A DNA stretch of 64,000 nucleotides from an uncultured Candidatus Rokubacteria bacterium (GTDB lineage: Bacteria > Methylomirabilota > Methylomirabilia > Rokubacteriales > CSP1-6): contig CAVWFS010000001.1 of the NCBI GenBank assembly GCA_963754315.1, forward strand, positions 160,001-224,000. The letters are read 5' to 3'. Made by a program: the position numbers and the translations under genes. Under the pieces are notes generated by a model. The model saw nothing but the letters and a program-made list of their open reading frames with translations. It was not told the origin of the DNA and ran no database searches. This document shows, one piece after another, positions 20,829-29,820 of this stretch. Position 1 is the stretch's first letter, and the number at the start of each line of letters is the position of its first letter.

Positions 20829-21011
20829 ATGCCGAAGGCGGTGCGGGGGGCGGTCCGACGGGTTGGCATCATGGGGGAGCTGATGCAGTTTCTGTGGGAG
20901 CGCAAGCTGTGGTGGCTGATGCCCATGGTGGGAGTGCTGCTCCTGCTGGGCATTCTCATCATCTTCGCCCAGTCCTCGGCCATCGCGCCCTTCATCTACA
21001 CCTTGTTCTGA
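20829..21011 (+). CDS. Small membrane protein, DUF5989/SxtK-like
   Basis: FLWERKLWWLMP..AIAPFIYTLF signature. Confidence 0.8.
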   Translation: MPKAVRGAVRRVGIMGELMQFLWERKLWWLMPMVGVLLLLGILIIFAQSSAIAPFIYTLF

Positions 21012-21014
21012 ACG

Positions 21015-21795
21015 ATGACAAACCGCCATGCGGGGCCGACACCGGCGGGGGACCGCGCGCCCATCCCCGAGCCCTCCTACGCCGAGCGGGCGCGAACGCT
21101 CGTCCATCTCGGGCAGACGGGCGCGCTGGCCACCGTTTCCCGGCGCCACCCCGGCCATCCGTTCGCCTCGGTGATGCCGTATGCCTTGGAAGCGGCAGGG
21201 CGACCCCTTTTCCTCATCAGCTCGATGGCGATGCACACCCAGAACCTCGAGTCGGACCCGCGGGCCAGCCTGCTCGTGACCCAGCACACCCGAAGCGAGG
21301 ATCCGCTCGCGGCCGGCCGGGTTACCCTGCTGGGTCAGGCCCGGAAGCTCCCGGAGGCGGCGGTGGCCGCGGCGCGGGCCGCCTACTTGGCCCGTCACGA
21401 CAAGGCGCGATTCTGGGTCGACTTCGAGGACTTTGCCTTCTGGCGTCTGGATCTGACCGACGCGTACTTCGTGGGTGGGTTCGCCGCCATGGACTGGGTG
21501 ACCGCTGAGGCCTACCAAGCAGCAGCTCCCGATCCCCTGGCCGAGGTGGCGCTCAGCATCATTGACCACATGAACCAGGATCATGCCGACACCCTGCCGC
21601 TATATGCGCGGGCCTTTGCCGGAGAGCAGGCCGACGAGGCTACCATGACGAGTGTCGACCGTCTGGGCTTCGCCCTACGCCTCCGGAGCGGCGAGCGCCT
21701 GCACGGGGTGCGTGTTGCCTTCCCGCGCGAGGTGCGCACGTGCCGCCGATGCTCGGACCGTTCTCGTCGAGATGCTCCGGGAGGCTCGCAGCTAG
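21015..21795 (+). CDS. HugZ/pyridoxamine 5'-phosphate oxidase-like protein with DUF2470-like C-terminus; +1 frame break at about 21741
   Basis: GHPFASVMPY, HTQNL, GGFAAMDW, IIDHMNQDH; removing one base gives ..RTAADARTVLVEMLREARS-TAG(21793-21795). Confidence 0.8.
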
Positions 21796-21842
21796 GCGCT
21801 TCGGCTATAGTAGGCCTGCTGAATCATCGAAGGAGACGCCCC

Positions 21843-22331
21843 ATGACGCTCACCATCATTCGCCATGCTATTGCCGTCCCTGCCGGCACGGAGGGGATCT
21901 CCGACGACGAGCGTCCGTTGACCAAGAAGGGCCGCCGCCGCTTCGTCAAGGCGGCGCGCGGGCTGGCCGAGATCTGCCAGCGCCCAGACGTCCTCCTGAC
22001 CAGCCCGCTGCCGCGGGCGAGCGAGACGGCGGAGATCGCGGCCGAGGCGTGGGGCGGTCCTCCCCCCAGCCCCGAGCCCGTCCTCGCCCACGGAAGTGCT
22101 GAGGACATCATCGCGATGCTCGCGCGCTACGCTGGCGAACAGCAGGTGGTTATCGTGGGCCACGAGCCGACGGTATCGGAGGTTCTGGCGCGCCTGCTGG
22201 GCGGCACGGCCGGCGAACGATTCGCATTTCGCAAGGGCGGGGCGGCACAGATCGAGGTGCCTGGTACCCCGGCCGACGGCGGACGCCTGGAGTGGTTCAT
22301 GCGACCGAAGCTTCTGCGCGCGCTGGACTGA
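21843..22331 (+). CDS. sixA: Phosphohistidine phosphatase SixA family
   Basis: IIRHA, RPLT..G, TSPLPRA.ETA, VGHEP; own AGGAG RBS. Confidence 0.85.
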   Translation: MTLTIIRHAIAVPAGTEGISDDERPLTKKGRRRFVKAARGLAEICQRPDVLLTSPLPRASETAEIAAEAWGGPPPSPEPVLAHGSAEDIIAMLARYAGEQQVVIVGHEPTVSEVLARLLGGTAGERFAFRKGGAAQIEVPGTPADGGRLEWFMRPKLLRALD

Positions 22332-22354
22332 CATCCCCGGGAGGCCAGAGAGCG

Positions 22355-23050
22355 ATGAAGACCTTAGCGATTGACATCGGCGGTTCGAATCTCAAGGCGT
22401 CGGTCCTCAATGAGGAGGGCGCGCCCATGGTGGACCGCGTACGCGTGGAAACACCCGTCGGCGCCGCACCGGAGACGTTTCTGGATACGCTGGCCGAGTT
22501 GGTGGCGCAGCTTCCACCCTATGACCGCATTTCCGTCGGCTTTCCCGGCGTGGTGCGCAACGGGACGGTCCTGGTCGCCCCGCCGAACCTCAAGAATACG
22601 GAGTGGGCAGGCTTCAAGCTGGCCGCCGCCATCGCCGAGAAGCTGGGCAAACCGGTGAAGGTCATCAACGACGCCGAGATGCAGGGGCTCGCCGTCATCA
22701 AGGGACAGGGCGTGGAGATGGTCATCACCCTCGGTACGGGGTTCGGGTCAGCCCTGTTCGTTGAGGGCCATCGGGGCGCCCACCTCGAGCTGGCTCACCA
22801 TCCCTTCCGTAAGGATGAAACCTACGACGAGCAGCTTGGCAACGTCGCGCGCAAGCAGGCGGGGACCAAAAAGTGGAACAAGCGGGTGAAGAAGGCCATC
22901 AAGACCGTCCGCACCTTGACGAATTTCGACCATCTCTATATCGGCGGTGGTAACGCGAAGAAGGTCACGCTGGAACTTCCGCCGGACGTCAGCATCGTCT
23001 CGAACGAGGCGGGTATCGCGGGGGGGTTGGCCGTCTGGCGCGACGGCTAG
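22355..23050 (+). CDS. ROK-family kinase, polyphosphate glucokinase-like
   Basis: IDIGGS, VGFPGVV, INDAEMQG, TLGTGFGSALF, ELAH; lies in a polyP cluster. Confidence 0.8.
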   Translation: MKTLAIDIGGSNLKASVLNEEGAPMVDRVRVETPVGAAPETFLDTLAELVAQLPPYDRISVGFPGVVRNGTVLVAPPNLKNTEWAGFKLAAAIAEKLGKPVKVINDAEMQGLAVIKGQGVEMVITLGTGFGSALFVEGHRGAHLELAHHPFRKDETYDEQLGNVARKQAGTKKWNKRVKKAIKTVRTLTNFDHLYIGGGNAKKVTLELPPDVSIVSNEAGIAGGLAVWRDG

Positions 23051-23060
23051 GCGCTAGTCC

Positions 23061-23978
23061 GTGTCCGATTTGGTTGCGGTTCTTGATATTGGATCCAACG
23101 CCGCCCGATTCATCCTTGCCCGCGTGACTCCCGGCACCGGGTATCGCGTGCTTCAGAGGGATCGAGTGGTGACCCGTCTGGCGAGCGGCCCGCCCGGCAC
23201 CCTGCCCCGAAAGGGGGTCAAGGCTGTGCTGCGAGGCGTGCACCGCTTCCTGCAGGATGTCCGTAACGGAGGGGAACCGCGAGTGGTGGCGGTGGCCACG
23301 GCGGCTGTCCGTGACGCCAAGAACAGCCGCCGCCTGCTCGGTCCGCTCCGGAGCAAGGAGGGTGTGGACGTCGAGATCCTCAGCGCGCGCCAGGAGGCTC
23401 GACTGGGCGTCGTCGCCGCCCTGCGCAGCCTGCCAATCACCGACGGTGCCGTCCTGGACCTGGGCGGGGGCAGCCTGCAGCTCACCCGCGTCCGCCGAGG
23501 AGAAATCGTGTCAACGACCGGGGTGCCGCTGGGGGCTCTGCGTGTGACCCGACAATTTTTCAAGCACGATCCGCCGACATCGAAGGAGCTGCGTAAGCTG
23601 CGGCGGGCGATCCGTGAGCACCTGCACGACGCCCTCCCCGTACGGGGGCGGGACGAACCGCTGATCGGCATGGGAGGCACCGTGCGTACCATAGCGAGCA
23701 TGCATCTGGCTGCCCTCCGGAGCCGCCGCAAGAACCGACACGGATTGCGTCTGCTCCCCTCCGACGTGACGGGCGTGCGCGAGCGGCTGGAGTCCAAGCC
23801 GGCCCGGAAACGGCGCAAGATCCGTGGACTCAAGGCGGACCGGGTCGACATCATTCTGGGCGGGGTGATCGTGATCGAAGAGGTGATGACCCTGGGCGGC
23901 TACGGATCGCTGGTGGTGTGCACCCACGGAGTGGGGGATGGACTTCTTCTGCGCGAATCGTTCAACGGGGACGTCTGA
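23061..23978 (+). CDS. ppx: Exopolyphosphatase Ppx/GppA, short form
   Basis: DIGSNA, ATAAVRDAKN, EARLG, DLGGGSLQ, GMGGTVR. Confidence 0.85.
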   Translation: MSDLVAVLDIGSNAARFILARVTPGTGYRVLQRDRVVTRLASGPPGTLPRKGVKAVLRGVHRFLQDVRNGGEPRVVAVATAAVRDAKNSRRLLGPLRSKEGVDVEILSARQEARLGVVAALRSLPITDGAVLDLGGGSLQLTRVRRGEIVSTTGVPLGALRVTRQFFKHDPPTSKELRKLRRAIREHLHDALPVRGRDEPLIGMGGTVRTIASMHLAALRSRRKNRHGLRLLPSDVTGVRERLESKPARKRRKIRGLKADRVDIILGGVIVIEEVMTLGGYGSLVVCTHGVGDGLLLRESFNGDV

Positions 23979-23981
23979 GCC

Positions 23982-26057
23982 ATGACGAACGACCGGTTCA
24001 TCAATCGCGAGCTCTCCTGGCTCGAATTCAACCGCCGCGTGCTCGAGGAGGCCCAGGACCCGACGGTGCCCCTCCTGGAGCGCGTGAAGTTTCTCGCCAT
24101 CTTCAGCTCGAACCTCGACGAGTTCTTCATGGTCCGCATGGCCGGTCTCAAGCGGCAGCTCTTTTCCGGGGACACGATGGCGGGCCCCGACGGTATGAAT
24201 GCCGCCGATACCATCGCCGCCGTGTCGGCCAAGGTCCACGAGTTGGTCGTCCTCCAGCACCGGGTCTTCCTGGAGGAGATCCAGCCGTTGCTCGCGGCTG
24301 AAGGCGTGCACATCCTCCGTTCCAAGGAGATCACGGAGGCGCAGCACCAATTCCTCGACGACTACTTCCGCCGCACCTTGATGCCCGTGCTCACGCCGTT
24401 GGCCATCGATCCGGGCCATCCCTTTCCGTACCTCGGCAATCGCTCCTTGTGCGTGTTGGCCTCCATCCGGCGGCTGGCCTCCTCACCACTGCCCACGACG
24501 CCCCTCGCCGTCGTCCACATTCCGAGCCAGGTCGTGCCGCGCTTCGTGGCCATGCCCGATCAGCCGAACCGCCATTCCTTCATGCTGCTGGAGGACATCA
24601 TCCGGTTGCATCTTCCGCGCCTCTACCACGGCTACGAGATACTCTCCTCGCACGCCATCCGGGTGACCCGAGATGCGGAGTTACAGCTGCCGCGCGGGCG
24701 GGCCGAGGATCTTCTCACCAGCATCGAGGAGAGTCTGCAAGATCGACTCATGGGCTCCGCCGTGCGGCTGCAGTACGACATGGACCTGCCGGCGCCCGTT
24801 CTGTCCACTCTGCTGGAGGAGCTGGAGCTGCAGCCGGAGGATCTCTACGAGGGCCAGGGCTTCACGACGTTTTCCGATCTCAGCCAGCTCTATGCCGTCC
24901 TCGATATTCCCCGGCTCAAGGATCGTCCGCAGCCACCGCTTCCCGTGCGTGCCTTCGAGGCGGGGCCGGATGTGTGGAGTGTCATTCGCAAGAACGACGT
25001 CCTCGTTCACCACCCGTATCAGTCGTTCGACGCGGTGACGAAGTTCGTGCGCGAAGCCGCCGCCGATCCCAAGGTGCTGGCCATCAAGATGACACTCTAC
25101 CGGGTCAGTCCGACATCGCCCATCGCGCTGGCCCTGACCTCCGCCGCCCAGAACGGCAAGGAGGTGGCGGTGCTGGTCGAGCTGCGCGCCCGTTTCGACG
25201 AGGAAGCCAACATTCGATGGGCGCGGGCTCTCGAAGAAGTGGGCGCCCACGTGGTCTACGGGCTGGTCGGGTACAAGACGCATTGCAAGGCGTGTTTGGT
25301 GGTCCGGCAGGAAGCCGACGGGATCCGCCGCTATTGCCACCTCGCGACGGGTAACTACAACACGCGGACCGCGAACATCTACGCCGATCTCGGACTCTTC
25401 ACGAGCCGCGAGTCGTTGGGCGAAGACCTGACCGAGCTCTTCAACATGCTGACCGGCTACACCCAGCCGCGCGCCTTCAATCACCTCTTGGTGGCGCCCA
25501 CCGACCTCCGTGACGGCCTGGTCACCCGCATCCGGCGGGAGGCGGATCTGGCCCGGGCCGGCCGCCCGGCTCGTCTCATCGCCAAGATGAACAGTCTGGT
25601 CGATCCGGCCCTGATCGAGGAGCTCTATGCGGCCAGCCAGGCGGGAGTGGACATAGACCTGATCGTGCGCGGCATCTGCTGCCTACGTCCCGGCGTCCCC
25701 GCGCTCTCCGACCGTATCCGGGCCATGTCCATCGTCGATCGCAATCTCGAGCACGCGCGCATCTTCTACTTCGCGAACGATGGCCAGCCGGAGTACTGGC
25801 TGTCCTCCGGTGACTGGATGCCTCGCAATCTCGACCACCGGGTGGAAGTGTCATTCCCCGTGCTCGATCCTGTCCTGCAGGCCTCCGTGCGAGAGATCCT
25901 GGATATCCAACTGGGTGATACCGTGAAGGCGCGGCGGTTCCGCGCCGACGGTACCACCGAGCGGATTGAGGCGGACGGTCGCCCCCTCCTCCGCGCCCAG
26001 GATCGCGTGTACGAACTGATGGCGGCGCGAACGCGAGTCGGCAGCGGTGAGGCGTGA
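23982..26057 (+). CDS. ppk1: Polyphosphate kinase 1
   Basis: NRELSWLEFNRRVL, NLDEFFMVR, HHPYQSF, ARFDEEANI, KTHCK, TGNYN, WMPRNLDHRVE. Confidence 0.96.
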   Translation: MTNDRFINRELSWLEFNRRVLEEAQDPTVPLLERVKFLAIFSSNLDEFFMVRMAGLKRQLFSGDTMAGPDGMNAADTIAAVSAKVHELVVLQHRVFLEEIQPLLAAEGVHILRSKEITEAQHQFLDDYFRRTLMPVLTPLAIDPGHPFPYLGNRSLCVLASIRRLASSPLPTTPLAVVHIPSQVVPRFVAMPDQPNRHSFMLLEDIIRLHLPRLYHGYEILSSHAIRVTRDAELQLPRGRAEDLLTSIEESLQDRLMGSAVRLQYDMDLPAPVLSTLLEELELQPEDLYEGQGFTTFSDLSQLYAVLDIPRLKDRPQPPLPVRAFEAGPDVWSVIRKNDVLVHHPYQSFDAVTKFVREAAADPKVLAIKMTLYRVSPTSPIALALTSAAQNGKEVAVLVELRARFDEEANIRWARALEEVGAHVVYGLVGYKTHCKACLVVRQEADGIRRYCHLATGNYNTRTANIYADLGLFTSRESLGEDLTELFNMLTGYTQPRAFNHLLVAPTDLRDGLVTRIRREADLARAGRPARLIAKMNSLVDPALIEELYAASQAGVDIDLIVRGICCLRPGVPALSDRIRAMSIVDRNLEHARIFYFANDGQPEYWLSSGDWMPRNLDHRVEVSFPVLDPVLQASVREILDIQLGDTVKARRFRADGTTERIEADGRPLLRAQDRVYELMAARTRVGSGEA

Positions 26058-26170
26058 GCGCGGGACGGTGCGAGTTGACAGACTGAGGATCGGCGCCGAG
26101 CGTACGGGGGCGCAACACGGAGACCGACGGCGGTGACCGTCACGGCGAGGGAAATGGAGAATAGCGACTG

Positions 26171-27652
26171 ATGGCTGGCTCGTCCTCTTACGACGTCATC
26201 GTGGTGGGTGGTGGCAACGCGGCGTTGTGCGCGGCGCTGTCCGCGCGTGAGTATGGGGCTCGCGTGCTGGTGGTCGAGAAGGCGCCCGAGGCATGGCGGG
26301 GGGGGAACTCCTTTTTTACGGCAGGGGGCTTTCGCTTCGCGTTCAAGAGCTTCGAGGAGCTCAGCGAGCTGGTGGGCGATCTCTCCGACGAGGAGAAAGC
26401 CTCGATGGAGGTGGACCCGTATACGGAGGACGCCTTCTATGACGACCTCATGCGGGTGACGGAGGACCTCGCCGATCCCGACATGGCTCTCGCCCTCGTT
26501 CGCGAGTCGCAGGCCACCGTGCGCTGGATGCGCGACCAGGGCATCCGATGGATCCCGATGTTCGGTCGCCAGGCCTACAAGGTCGGAGCAAAGTTTCGTT
26601 TCTGGGGCGGGCTTGTGCTGGAAGCGGTGGGCGGCGGCCCCGGACTCATCGATATGGAGTACGCGGCGGCATCGGGCAAGGGCATCGAGGTACGCTTCGA
26701 GACGAAGGCCATGCGGCTCCTCACCGACACACGGGGCGGCGTCACCGGCGTGGAGGTCCGCACGGCGATGGGTCTGGAACCGCTCGAGGCGCGGGCCGTG
26801 ATCCTCGCTGCTGGTGGCTTTGAAGCAAACGGGGAGATGCGCACGCGCTATCTCGGACGCAACTGGGATCTGGCCCGCGTGCGCGGCACGCCCTATAACA
26901 CGGGCGATGCCATCCGCATGGCCCTCGACGTCGGCGCGCTGCCGTGGGGGCACTGGAGCGGATGCCACTCGGTGGCCTGGGACTACAACGCCCCCTGGCA
27001 CGGCGACCGCAAGGTAGGGGACAACTTCCAGAAACATTCGTACCCGCTCGGGCTCATCGTGAACATCCGGGGCGAGCGCTTCGTGGACGAGGGCGCCGAT
27101 TTTCGCAACTACACCTACGTGAAGTACGGGCGGACGATCATCGAGCAGCCTCGGCGCGCGGCCTTCCAGATCTTCGACCAGAAGGTAATCTCGATGCTGC
27201 GCGAGGAGTACCGCATTCGGGAGGTCACCAAGGCGGAGGCGATGACGTGGGCCGAGCTGGCCCGCAAGCTCGAGATCGACGAGGAGGGCTTCGTACGGAC
27301 GGTGACCGCGTACAACGCTGCCGTTCAGCCCGGAGAGTTCAATCCCGCCATCAAGGACGGCAAGAGCACGCGGGGCATCGTCCCCCCCAAATCGAACTGG
27401 GCCCTTCCCCTCGATGCGCCGCCCTACGTGGGCTTTGCCGTCACCACCGGCATCACGTTCACCTTCGGCGGCCTCAAGATCACAGGTGAGGGGCAGGTGA
27501 TCGACTGCGAGCAGCGCCCCATTCCCGGGCTCTACGCGGCCGGGGAGCTGGTGGGTGGGCTCTTCTATCACAACTATCCGGGCGGCGCCGGGCTCATGGC
27601 GGGTGCGGTATTCGGTCGGACGGCCGGACGATCGGCCGCGCGCCGTTCGTAG
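26171..27652 (+). CDS. tcuA: FAD-dependent tricarballylate dehydrogenase TcuA family
   Basis: GGGNAALCAA, RGGNS, GGFEAN, RGTPYNTGD, DEGADFRNYTY, TFTFGG, NYPGGAGL. Confidence 0.8.
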   Translation: MAGSSSYDVIVVGGGNAALCAALSAREYGARVLVVEKAPEAWRGGNSFFTAGGFRFAFKSFEELSELVGDLSDEEKASMEVDPYTEDAFYDDLMRVTEDLADPDMALALVRESQATVRWMRDQGIRWIPMFGRQAYKVGAKFRFWGGLVLEAVGGGPGLIDMEYAAASGKGIEVRFETKAMRLLTDTRGGVTGVEVRTAMGLEPLEARAVILAAGGFEANGEMRTRYLGRNWDLARVRGTPYNTGDAIRMALDVGALPWGHWSGCHSVAWDYNAPWHGDRKVGDNFQKHSYPLGLIVNIRGERFVDEGADFRNYTYVKYGRTIIEQPRRAAFQIFDQKVISMLREEYRIREVTKAEAMTWAELARKLEIDEEGFVRTVTAYNAAVQPGEFNPAIKDGKSTRGIVPPKSNWALPLDAPPYVGFAVTTGITFTFGGLKITGEGQVIDCEQRPIPGLYAAGELVGGLFYHNYPGGAGLMAGAVFGRTAGRSAARRS

Positions 27653-27663
27653 GGCCCGGTCCG

Positions 27664-29352
27664 TCAGCGCTCTTCCCGGTGGGAACGGAGGGCAGCATCG
27701 GCTGCCTCGAGAAACCACTCCGGGAGGAGCACGCGGTCCAGACTGACAAATCGCTCGAACTGAGCGTCGAGCACATAGGTGACGCCATAGTCGGCTGCGT
27801 GCCGGCACGAACGCCCGTAGGCCTGCACAAGCGCCTTGGCTGTTTCAAGGATGTACCAGCGGGGATCACGCTGCCGACGGGCGGCCGTCCAGGGATCGCC
27901 GAGATCCGGGTAGGGCATCTTCGTGATGATCTGAAAGCGTAAGAAGTCATCGGGAAGATCGACCCCCTCGCGCAAGGACGGCGATACCAGAACCGAGGGT
28001 CGACGTAGCGCCCGATGCACGTCGAGAGCACGATGGCGCTCGCCACCCTCGACGACGATGAGCCGGGCAAACTGGTCTGGCGCGGCCTCGGCCAGAGCCT
28101 GCGCCAGCCGGCGGGCGGCCCCATAGGACGGGGTGTGGATGAGCCCCTTATCGCTCGGATGAGTTCGCAGGATTGCGATGACCTCCGCGAACACGAGGGG
28201 CTCGAGACTGCCCAAGGTGGCCCGCGATAGGCGCCCGACAGGGCGGTAGACCAGAGGCCGCTGCTCGAGAGGGAACGGCGAGTCCACGCTGAATACGCGC
28301 ACCTGCTCGGCGTCGAGACCCAGGTGGCCGGCTGTCGCCGCCGGCGGACCGAGATAGGCCGAGGACAGGACGATGATATCGGCCGCGTCCCAGAGGAGGG
28401 CGGGGGCCAGCGCCGCGACGCCGAGGGGCAGCAACTCGAGACTGCTGCCGGGCGAGGCCGGGTAACGGACGGCCCATTCGGGATCAGGGGCCTCGACAAA
28501 GTAACGCAACCCGGCCAGACCGGTTTCGAGCCGGTCCCGCTCGGCGACGAGGTGTAGCTCCTCACGCGATGGGGGAAGGCTGAACCACGCAGCATCCGGC
28601 CCCGGCGGGCGCAGTGCGTCCAAAGCGCGTTCGACGGTGGTGAGCTGAGCACCGAGTCGCTCAACCTGGGCGCGAAGCAGCGGTCGGTACTCGTGGGCGA
28701 ACGGAAGGCGAGGGAGCGGGGCCCCGAACCACTCCCGCATCTGATCAGACGAGAAGGTGACGGACAGCGCGCCCACCAGCTGAGACTCCAGATTGTGCGC
28801 CTCGTCGATCACGAGCAGGCGTCGGCGGGACAGCGACTCCCCGAGCCAGTGTCGCAAGGTGGCGAAGTACGCGGTGTTCGTGCAGAAGACCGGCCCGGCG
28901 CGCGCAGCAGCCTTGGCGCGGGCATACGGACACTGGCACTGGGGGCCACGCGGCCGGCGGCACATGCCGAGCGAGGTCGGCACTCGTCGCTCGGGGTAGC
29001 GCTCGCAGAGATAGTTGTCGCGGCCCTTGACCACCTGGATCTCACCAGCGAAGTCCCGCTCGTACTGGTCTTGCAGGAGTTTCTGCGAGGTGAGGAGATA
29101 GGCGTCGCCACTCCATCGGGCCAAGGTCATCGCCACGTGGCTTTTTCCAACGCCCGGGGGGGCCTCCACCACGAAGATCCGGGGGCTCTGCGGATCGTCC
29201 AGGGCCTCGGCGATTGCGTCGCCGACCCTTGTGAGCAGCCGGGCCTGCTCGGCGCGTGGGGTGCAGCCGGCGGGGAAGTGCGCGAGCAGCTCGTGCTGGA
29301 TCAGGCTAGCCTCTTGACGTGAGATGGTAGCGGGCCGTCGGCTCACCAACAA
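27664..29352 (-). CDS. DinG/XPD-family ATP-dependent helicase (start uncertain)
   Basis: EAPPGVGKS, KGRDNYLC..C..C.CPY Fe-S cysteines, IDEAHN, EGVDLP, QAYGRSCR..DYG. Confidence 0.85.
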   Translation of the reverse strand: MLVSRRPATISRQEASLIQHELLAHFPAGCTPRAEQARLLTRVGDAIAEALDDPQSPRIFVVEAPPGVGKSHVAMTLARWSGDAYLLTSQKLLQDQYERDFAGEIQVVKGRDNYLCERYPERRVPTSLGMCRRPRGPQCQCPYARAKAAARAGPVFCTNTAYFATLRHWLGESLSRRRLLVIDEAHNLESQLVGALSVTFSSDQMREWFGAPLPRLPFAHEYRPLLRAQVERLGAQLTTVERALDALRPPGPDAAWFSLPPSREELHLVAERDRLETGLAGLRYFVEAPDPEWAVRYPASPGSSLELLPLGVAALAPALLWDAADIIVLSSAYLGPPAATAGHLGLDAEQVRVFSVDSPFPLEQRPLVYRPVGRLSRATLGSLEPLVFAEVIAILRTHPSDKGLIHTPSYGAARRLAQALAEAAPDQFARLIVVEGGERHRALDVHRALRRPSVLVSPSLREGVDLPDDFLRFQIITKMPYPDLGDPWTAARRQRDPRWYILETAKALVQAYGRSCRHAADYGVTYVLDAQFERFVSLDRVLLPEWFLEAADAALRSHREER

Positions 29353-29406
29353 GACCTGAACGTCGCCTGCCGGCGACGACCAGGCGGGTCGCGTATCATG
29401 AACTCC

Positions 29407-29820
29407 ATGGCAGCCCCACGGTCACAGCCGATCTTCGAGTTCTCAGCGGGGGGGCTCGTGGTGGATGAACAAGGACGCGTGCTGCTGATCCGGGCCCGTG
29501 ACCTGCGCAACCAGCCGGTGTGGACGCTTCCCAAGGGAACCTTGGTCACCGGCGAGACGAGCCAGCAGGCTGCGCTCCGTGAGGTCTGCGAGGAAACGGG
29601 CTACCAGTGCGAGGTCGTGCGCGAGCTGGAGGCAGTCACCTACTGGTTCCAGCGGAACGGGCAGCGGATCAAGAAGACCGTGCGTTGGTATCTGATGCGC
29701 CCGCTGGCCAAGGTGGGCGAGCATGACCACGAGGTAGATGAGGTCGCATGGGCATTCCCCATCGACGCGGCCGCGCGCCTGCGCTACGACTCGGACCGGC
29801 GGCTCGTCGACCGACTCTGA
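29407..29820 (+). CDS. NUDIX hydrolase
   Basis: SAGG, LPKG and Nudix box G..ET..AALREVCEETG. Confidence 0.88.
   Translation: MAAPRSQPIFEFSAGGLVVDEQGRVLLIRARDLRNQPVWTLPKGTLVTGETSQQAALREVCEETGYQCEVVRELEAVTYWFQRNGQRIKKTVRWYLMRPLAKVGEHDHEVDEVAWAFPIDAAARLRYDSDRRLVDRL

Noticed and set aside
18793..21011. Saxitoxin biosynthesis cluster
   Set aside because: Only the widespread carbamoyltransferase triad is present; there is no sxtA, sxtG or other pathway gene.
19044..21584. Long antisense ORFs (846 aa here; also 25766-27808, 45438-47003 and 55853-58486)
   Set aside because: They are shadow ORFs opposite well-supported genes, expected from high-GC codon bias, and carry no recognisable motifs.
21015..22331. 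Apparent HugZ-SixA fusion protein (438 aa)
   Set aside because: It arises from one extra base near 21741; the natural HugZ-like end and stop lie at 21795, and sixA has its own RBS.
22381..22392. GGTTCGAATC tRNA T-loop-like motif
   Set aside because: It lies in the IDIGGSNLK codons of the ROK kinase, with no cloverleaf around it.
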